64,000 nt of DNA, from NCBI GenBank assembly GCA_951406725.2, contig OX597821.1:71672001-71736000 (forward strand), written 5' to 3'. Position 1 is the first letter of the stretch; each line of letters starts with the position of its first letter. The DNA comes from Octopus vulgaris. Taxonomy: Eukaryota. This document shows, one piece after another, positions 55,659-64,000 of this stretch. The translations under genes were made by a program, and so were the position numbers. The notes below the pieces were generated by a model that saw only the letters and a list, made by a program, of their open reading frames with translations, was not told the origin of the DNA and ran no database searches.

Positions 55659-55770
55659 GAAACCCCTACGTTTTCCGTCGAGGGTTTTTAGGTCCCAATT
55701 GCTTATAAGCTTTAAGCTTATGAAATATTATTATTTACAAAATTATAAAATCGACACCGCTTACCAAATG

Positions 55771-55835
<65 letters not shown>

Positions 55836-55960
55836 ATTAGGTAGACCGACTGAAAGACACACATATATAAATACATGTGTGTGAGTGTGTACGGTCGGAA
55901 ACCCATAAGCGAACCTTTCTTTCATCGAAGAAAGTAAATAATGAATGGCTTTTCCCAGTA

Positions 55961-56344
55961 TGGAAGCACTCCGTCGGTTACGACGATGAGGGTTCCGGTT
56001 GATCCGAATCAACGGAACAGCTTGCTCGTAAAATTAACATGTAAGCGGCTGAGCACTCCACAGACACGTGCACCCTTAACGTAGTTCTCGGGGATATTCA
56101 GCGTAACACAGAGAGTGACAAGGCCGGTCCCTTGAAATACAGGTACAACAGAAACAGGAAGTAAGAGTGAGAGAAAGTTGTGGTGAAAGAGTACAGCAGG
56201 GATCACCACCATCCTCTGCCGGAGCCTCGTGGAGCTTTTAGGTGTTTTCGCTCAATAAACACTTACAACGCCCGGTCTGGGAATCGAAACCGCGATCCTA
56301 TGACCGCGAGTCCGCTGCCCTAACCACTGGGCCATTGCGCCTCC
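55961..56344 (-). mobile_element. SINE family C, full-length
   Basis: Intact A and B boxes; candidate TSD tcccagta at 55953-55960 and 56349-56356. Confidence 0.88.
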
Positions 56345-57774
56345 ACACTCCCAGTAAATGAAACTCTCGTAACAAGATCAAATTTGATCAACGAACCACG
56401 AGCAGACAGCGTATGCACATAAGTGACAAAGAGTCTATTTGCTAAGCGAGCGGAAATTTGACCAAAAAAACACGATTAGACTAGACACACGTTGAAGTGC
56501 TGCAAGAGCGAATGGGTACACATGGTTCGTTAACATTCATGTAGCTCACAAGTTTTCGGGTTTTATATAGAAAATAGCAATATACCTCACCCAATGTTCT
56601 TCATATTTTTGGCTAAATCCATAACCATAGATCGGTTGAGACATGACAACGGGCAAACGTACACACACTCACTCACACACATACACACATTACTTATACA
56701 CATATATACACGACACTTGCTTAGCTAGCTGAAACTTCGAAGTCCCTGTCAACAACATTCTTGTTTAAGAACGATAAATTTGTACTCTACAAAAGTATAG
56801 AATGACCCATCAGTTTAATGGAAATTCTTTTTTTTTATCTGTTATAACTGAGCATAAAAACAAACATTGACATACATACATACATACATACATACATACA
56901 TACATACATACATACATACATACATACATACATACATGTATATACATGCAAACATGCAGATACAGGTATTTTTATGTATTTGTTACTGATAGATGGACAA
57001 ATACAACATCGTTTCATACATTTATGTGGTGTATGAGTGTGGTTTAGAACCGGACACTCCTGATTATATGTATTTCAATGGTTCACGATCAATTTAGTTA
57101 ACGAACGGGCCCCCGGAACCGATTTTGTTTGTATACAGAGACCCCACTCTACGCATACACATGTATATACATACACAAATATAGAGATAAATTCTTCACA
57201 TCCCACACTCACGCATGCATTGCCATGTGTGTTGTTGTTTCTCTTTCAAAGACACTCCGGTAGATAACTCCGTAAAAGGCCTCGACTGATTGCTATTGAT
57301 GTTTTGCACTCTGATAAAAACAACTGTCTACCATACGAGAAGAGACGAATGATAGGAAGACTTCAGCTGACTTCAGTGGAAACTCTGACAGCACGGATTT
57401 GTCTTTCTCACTTCATTTAAAGCTGTTCTGCTGACAGCTCGAGTTGTTCGCCAAAATATTCCTATCACTCGTCTCTTTTCTCTCTCACTTTCATTTAGCC
57501 ATCACCAAAAACGAAAACTATAACAGAGTCGATCTGGACCAAACTGCCATTAGTAACTGTGATGATTGCGGCGACGTCAACACAAAATCGACAAAACAAC
57601 ATCTTGTTGTGTGCGTTTTTCTTGTCTTTCTTTCATTTTATTCTCCATTCTATCATCTTCATGGGAGTGGTCAACTCTGTTTTGATAATTTTTATCATAC
57701 CTCACCCTTAAATCTCTTCTGTAAATATAAGCTATAAAAAGAAACTTTTATACACATTTTATTTTGTTATATCT

Positions 57775-58170
57775 TATACTTTTATTCTTTTACGTGTTTC
57801 AGTCATTTTGACTGCTGTGGCCATGCTGGAGCACCGTCTTTTAGTCGAACAAGAAATCGACCACACTACTTACTATTTGTAAGCCTGGTAATTCTATCAT
57901 CTCTTTTGCCGAACCGCTAGGTTACGGGAACGTAAACACACCAACACTGGTTGTCAAGTGATGGTGGGGGACAAATACACATACACACACACACACACAC
58001 ATACAAACATATATATACGATGGACTTCTTTCAGTCTCCGCATACCAAATCTACGCACAAGGCTTTAGTCGGCCTGAAGACACTTGCCCAAGGTGTCACG
58101 CAGTAGGCCTGAACCCTGAACCATGTGGTTGGGAAGAAAGCTTCTTACTACGCAACCACACCCGCGCCTG
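57775..58170 (-). mobile_element. SINE family B
   Basis: Reverse complement of 1568-2070. Confidence 0.85.
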
Positions 58171-58409
58171 TGTTACATTCAGATTGGTTTTATTAAGCAT
58201 CGATAATATCAATTATGAGATATGAAAGGAATGCGTTGATTAACAGGATTGATGGAGTATCTGAGAAAGTTACTCGGAGTATTTAGTTAAGTTGCTTTAG
58301 GTTCTGATTTCAAATCCCATCAGATTGAATTTTCTATTCATTTCTGCTAAGTACAGCCTCGAATCTCAAGCTGCGTGAGACTGTGCTTGTCTGGTTTTCA
58401 TAGCATATA

Positions 58410-58615
58410 AGTGAACGAGACGACAACACCCCATCCCTCAGTTCAGGAACGCCAGTCCGTCACGGGGTGGTTACTCATTTACAGCTGAGTGGACTGGGGC
58501 TGAGTGGGCTGTAGGGTTTTACGCAAGAACACCACGAACAGCCCAGTTCAGGAATCGAAACCACGACCATGGGGCTGTGAGTGCAATACTTTAATCTTGA
58601 GGCCACGCGCCGTCA
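58410..58615 (-). mobile_element. Degenerate tRNA-derived SINE of another family
   Basis: Minus strand ggcgcgtggcc...ggtttcgattcc head, then ccagtccactcagctgtaaatgagta central block. Confidence 0.55.
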
Positions 58616-58974
58616 CCTCAACACTTAGTGGGGTCCGATAAAATAATAGCCGTGAAATACAGTCAATATAATTTACTCTGAGCCCCCAACTAAATTCGGA
58701 GATTTATCCCTCTGTATAACCTTACGATGTGTCAAAATCTCCCCTTCTATATTTGCGCCTTTATACGCCATACCATGACATCGAGGATAAATCGGTTTAT
58801 CGGAAAACCTGATTGTGATTTTCGCCCTTTTTGTTTTCATTATTTGAACTCCTTTTCTATATTTCCCCCGCTCCGTTCCAATCTCTACCTTCATCCGTGA
58901 TATTGTCATTTGTCATTTTTTTTTTTTAGTTAACTGCATTTTAATACAAATCTTTAAGATTTGAAATTTCATAT

Positions 58975-59465
58975 ATTCTCTTTTACTCTTTTACTCTTTT
59001 ACTTGTTTCAGCCATTTGACTGCGGCCATGCTGGAGTACCGCCTTGAAGGGTTTTAGTCGAACAGATCGACCCCGGACTTAATTTTTAAAGCCTAGTCCT
59101 TATTCTATCGGGGGGGGGGGTCCAACCGCTAGGTTACGGCGACGTAAACACACCAACACTGGTTGTCAAACGGAGATGGGGGATAAACGAAGCACAAAGA
59201 CACACACACGTCCATACACACATATATAAATGTATATTTCTTTATTGCTCACAGGGGACTAAACATAGAGAGCAAACAAGGACAGACAAAAGGAATAAGT
59301 CGATTACATCGACCACAGTACGTAACTGGTACTTATTTAATTGACCCCGAAATGATGAAAGGGCAAGGTTAATATCGGCGGAATTTGAACTCAGAACGTA
59401 ACGGCAGACGAAATATTGCTAAGCATTTCGCCCGGTGTGCTAACGATTCTGCCAGCTTTCCGTCT
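58975..59465 (-). mobile_element. SINE family B tail (58975-59220) next to a full family A copy (59236-59465)
   Basis: Collinear with other copies. Confidence 0.85.
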
Positions 59466-60055
59466 TAATATATGTATATATAAATACACACGCACACACA
59501 CACATGAGCACGCACACGCACTCACAGACACACGCACACAAGCATGCACACGCACGCACACACACACAGACACACACACACGCGCACGAGCTCGCACACG
59601 TACACACAAGCATACTAAACGCAAACGCATACACATTGTTATGGTTATCTAAGTAAATTTGTATTATCGTATCAATGTCTGCATAAGTCGGGTATCAAAA
59701 CAGATCTGCATTCTGCAATCTCATTTATTTGGTAAATGCAAATTAGCTGCTGATTCCGTTAATCGGACGAAGAATTCATTAGTCGAAATTGATACAAAAC
59801 CTATCTCTTAAGTGAGGTGTAAACAATTAAGTACCTTTTCCAAAAACAAAACGAAATACCTGGACCAGGTTTCGTCGAAGACCAATTTTCTAGGAATCGT
59901 TTATATTCACTCACTTATTCGAGGTAAACCTGTTACATATTTAACGCAGAATGCTTCCAAAAGCTCATTAGAAATATTGATAGTTGTAAGAAAGAAAAGA
60001 AGCTATTAGACAAGGAAGTAAATCGGTTTCATTTTTCTATCATGTAGAGAAGACA

Positions 60056-60099
60056 GCTTCGTACATGCTTTAGTCTTATTCTGACCTCATCAGCAAAGC
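60056..60099 (-). ncRNA. Decayed minimal hammerhead motif
   Basis: gcuuug CUGAUGA gguc-agaauaa-gacu AAAGCAU GUA cgaagc: stems I and II pair; the GAAA box has two substitutions. Confidence 0.55.
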
Positions 60100-60211
60100 A
60101 TTAATTCCAGTGTACTTTCCAAAATGAAGAACTCATTTTATAAATGTCCAAGGTTGTTCCTTTGTTGGCGTAAAGAAGCTGGCTGTCCATGTTAGACGTT
60201 AATTAATATCT

Positions 60212-60580
60212 TTTTAGCTTTTATCTTTTATTCGTTTCAATCATTTCACTGAGGCCATGCTGGGGCACTGCATTGAAGAACATTTAGTTGTTTTAGGCCA
60301 CGTATTTATTTTATCGTCCTCCTTTGCCGAGCCGCTAGGTTACGGTGACGTAAACTCACCAACACCGGTTGTCAAGCGGTGTTGGGTGACAAACATAGAC
60401 ACAGATACACACACCCATACCAACACACATGCACACACCGTCTACCAAATCCATTCACAAGGAGCTTTGGTCGGCCCGAGTCTACAGAAGAAGACACTTA
60501 CCCAGGGTACCATGCCGTGGGATTGAACTTGGAACCATGTGGTCTGAAAGCAAACTTCTCACCACACAGCCACGCCTGTG
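60212..60580 (-). mobile_element. SINE family B
   Basis: Reverse complement of the family B consensus. Confidence 0.8.
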
Positions 60581-61292
60581 TCTATACTGTATACTGTACT
60601 TTTTTCAGTGCATAATTGTTTTTGGCTTGTCTTTGAATCCTCCTTCCATTAAATATACTAACTGAACTTCTAGTTCTTCCATGCGGATGGTGTCACCAAA
60701 TCACGGTGATTCTAATACAGGAGGGGCTCAAAGATCATAAAATTTGATTTCCGATCCCTGAAAGAAGACACTTACCCAGGGTACCATGCCGTGGGATTGA
60801 ACTTGGAACCGTGTGGTCTGAAAGCAAACTTCTTACCACACAGCCACGCCTGCGCCTGTACTGTATACTGTACTTTTTTCAGTGCATAATTGTTTCTGGG
60901 TTGTCTGTGAATCCTCCTTACATTAAATATACCAACTGAACTTCTAGTTCTTCCATGCGAATGGTGTCACCAAATCACGGTGATTCTAATACAGGAGGGG
61001 CTCAAAGATCATAAAATTTGATTTCCGATCCCTGAAAGAAGACACTTACCCAGGGTACCATGCCGTGGGATTGAACTTGGAACCATGTGGTCTGAAAGCA
61101 AACTTCTTACCACACAGCCACGCCTGCGCCTATACTGTATACTGTCCTTTTTTCAGTGCATAATTGTTTCTGGCTTGTCTTTGAATCCTCCTTCCATTAA
61201 ATATACTAACTGAACTTCTAGTTCTTCCATGCGAATGGTGTCACCAAATCACGGAGGGGCTCAAAGATCATAAAATTTGATTTCCGATCCCT
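60488..61292. repeat. Tandem triplication of a 274-bp unit containing the family B SINE head
   Basis: Units start at 60488, 60762 and 61036; near-identical; the third has a short deletion. Confidence 0.95.
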
Positions 61293-61996
61293 TAAAAGTG
61301 GGGCATCTTAAGAGATTCTCCAGAAATCAATGAACGATTGAAACGTGAAAAAAAATATTAAAAACAAACGAACGAAAAATTGTTATTAGGCAAAAATCGT
61401 TTTCTAATTAGTTCCATTGATCGACCTTAAAACTAAATACAATTTCATTAACATCTGTCATCAAGGAAGTCAATTACCAGCAAAAAACATATCCAAGCGA
61501 TGGCAGCAACAACAACAACAACAACAACGACGAAGACGAAGAAGGATAACATCAATAAATATGTGTACGACAAGATCAACGTCGACTATAACAACAAAAA
61601 AAACAAAAACAAAAACAGAATTAAACACAAAAACACAAAAAATATAAACATTTAAATTAAGAAAAATAGGAAAAAGAAAATAGGATAAGCCCTAAATGGG
61701 TCTATTTACAAAGGAAAGACACCTAGAACATTCTACAGTTGAGTGGAAAGAAAACAGTAAACCTCTTTAAAAGTGATTGACTTGAAAGGAGTCGAAATAT
61801 TATTCCGTCAAAACATGTTCACTGGGCAAAAGGAATTGCGTGCACCTGTTAACCTTACCAGAAGTGTGTTTGTGCGTGTGTGTGGGCGGGTGTATTCATG
61901 TGTGCATATGTACACACAGCACACACTCTCAATACATACATACATACATACATACATAAATACATACATACATACATACATACATACATACATACA

Positions 61997-62028
<32 letters not shown>

Positions 62029-63092
62029 GACTCAATAATATGTTTATAGTAAATAGAGGAGGGTGCGTCAGGCAACCGAGACCAAGATAGAAAACAAGGA
62101 GAAACAAAGCCAACAAGCAGAAGAAAATATATCGACCCAGAAAGACGATCCAAACGTTGAACTAGATACATGAAAGAAACAGGTCACTCATCCAAACCCA
62201 TCTCGTCTCCACTAACGGCGCCGAAGTGGCCACGGGAGAAATTGCATGCCACGAACAGGTGGCCTTAGATTATGCCACCCATCACGCCCACAATGGATTT
62301 CTCCAACAAGTCCTCGGCACCTCCGCGGCGACGCCCCAAGCCTAATGTCCAGGAAATTCAAATTTGGAGATTCGGCAAATTATGTATGGCGTGAGAAGGG
62401 TCACATGATCCTATTGTTGTAAGGGACTTGCTGGACACAAGCAGTATTTTAATCTTGTATGATCTGCACTTAATACCTAACCTCCCCATGAGCTAAATGA
62501 ACCCAGCCAACTTCAGTTGCTCTTCGATAGATCTCATCCAATTGCTGGGCTTGTCTTTGATGGCCCGGGACGCTGTAACCCGTCTGCCATTCTACTGCCT
62601 TATTTATATATTGCTTCACTGGGTATATATATATATATATATATATATATACTAGCAAAGATGTTTGCGGGCGGCGAACGTAAAAGATTTCACTTTATCT
62701 GTGGGAAGAACATTAAATAAATGTACAACCCGGATGTGGATATGTATGCAGAATGGCAGGTGGGTTGGAGGAAGATGCCAAGGAAAATACAAAGGAAGAC
62801 AGGTGAGGGAAAACGTGGCCTCTTCAAATGTCAAGTCTTGTTTTTCCTTGATAAAAATTGATAACAAAGTTTTAGAATGGTAAATCGAAGCAATGGTTTA
62901 GGTGAGACATCAATGCTGATGTAAATCGTATCAATCTGAATGCATAGCTGCAATTGTGTTTGGTTCGCCGAGCGAATATTTATTCAATGATCGTGAAATT
63001 CTTATTTATGTTGTGCTCAATATATCTGTTGAAATTGGTCTTGACCGACGAATATTTTCTTCGCTGCAACGCACTCACATCCATGTATAGTA

Positions 63093-63173
63093 CAGTAATC
63101 CCTCGCCATATCGCGGTTCATCTATCGCGGTTTATTAAGCTTACGCAGATTCCTCCATGGTGTTGTTTTGCAT

Positions 63174-63235
<62 letters not shown>

Positions 63236-63357
63236 AATTATAAAAATAATTTTAAAATATATGTACAGTAAAGTGCAGTACTGTTTCTGCTTCGCGGATT
63301 TTCACCAATCGTGGAGAGTTTTGGAACGTTACGACCGCGATAGTCAAAGGATTACAG
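63093..63357. mobile_element. Tigger/pogo-like MITE
   Basis: Imperfect TIRs cagtaatccctcgccatatcgcggt / accgcgatagtcaaaggattacag, with TA on both flanks. Confidence 0.7.
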
Positions 63358-63363
63358 TATATA

Positions 63364-63407
<44 letters not shown>

Positions 63408-64000
63408 TGTGTGTGTGTGTGTGTTTCTTTGTCCCACACCACCGCTTGACAACCGGTAATGGTTTGTCTATGTCCCCGTAGTTTAACATTTCGGCAGGAA
63501 TCCGATATAACAAGTATTTGACTTTATTTCCATAATCCGGCCTTTTCTTCATTTTTTTGTCGTGTAAAACTAAATTGAGTTTAGGATTAGATTACAAAAT
63601 GAAAAAAGATGAGTGAAAGGAACCACTGCCTGACTGGGTCTTACGGGTTGTTGTTGTTGTTCTTTTTGTTGCTCCGATCGGCCACTACTATGATCAAAAG
63701 CGTTCTTGCAGTGACAACCTTGTCATTTCTTGTACCTATAACATTATTCAATGTCACTTTTTTTCCGAGGAAATACCTTGTGATTGAAAGAGATTTAATT
63801 ACCATTTCTATCAGGTCAAGCAAACATATAGAATCTTCTAATTGGACTCATAGCAATAATGTATCGACTCCTACAAAATGAAAGGTTAAACAGAATTCGG
63901 CGGGTTTTCAAATCAAAAGATACAACTAAATAACTAAATAACTAAAAAAAATTAATAAATAAACTCTGTATTGTCTTCATCGTTTATTATTCTGTTTATC

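Noticed and set aside
59760-59800. CGGACGA...GAAA hammerhead-like spacing
   Set aside because: Stems are too short and there is no matching cleavage triplet or stem I.
60488-61292. CRISPR-like array
   Set aside because: Whole units repeat with no unique spacers, and the context is eukaryotic.
62170-62400. GC-rich patch as exon or LINE fragment
   Set aside because: No ORF with motifs and no convincing splice signals.

Overview
This is repeat-saturated, AT-rich, non-coding eukaryotic DNA. The tRNA-derived SINE repertoire and the dense (TA)n/(CA)n/(TACA)n/(TAA)n tracts suggest a mollusc, probably an octopus (inference). No host gene can be supported; almost all ORFs in the track are microsatellite translations. 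The recognisable coding remnants are all transposon-derived: a near-intact 5'-truncated R4/Dong-type RLE retrotransposon in a (TAA)n array, a second RLE family in a (TACA)n array, L1/Tx1 and CR1-like RT fragments, a mariner pseudogene and a maT-like Tc1/mariner remnant. The main hidden signal is RNA-structural: about 14 minimal type I hammerhead ribozyme motifs, intact or decayed, in about 9 unrelated sequence contexts. Many sit next to (TA)n tracts and show the tandem-plus-inverted terminal architecture of Penelope-like elements. One lies downstream of a tRNA-derived Pol III head (14431-14791, minus strand), making a candidate ribozyme-bearing SINE/retrozyme. All motifs were read by eye; coordinates are approximate and no activity or database match has been tested.
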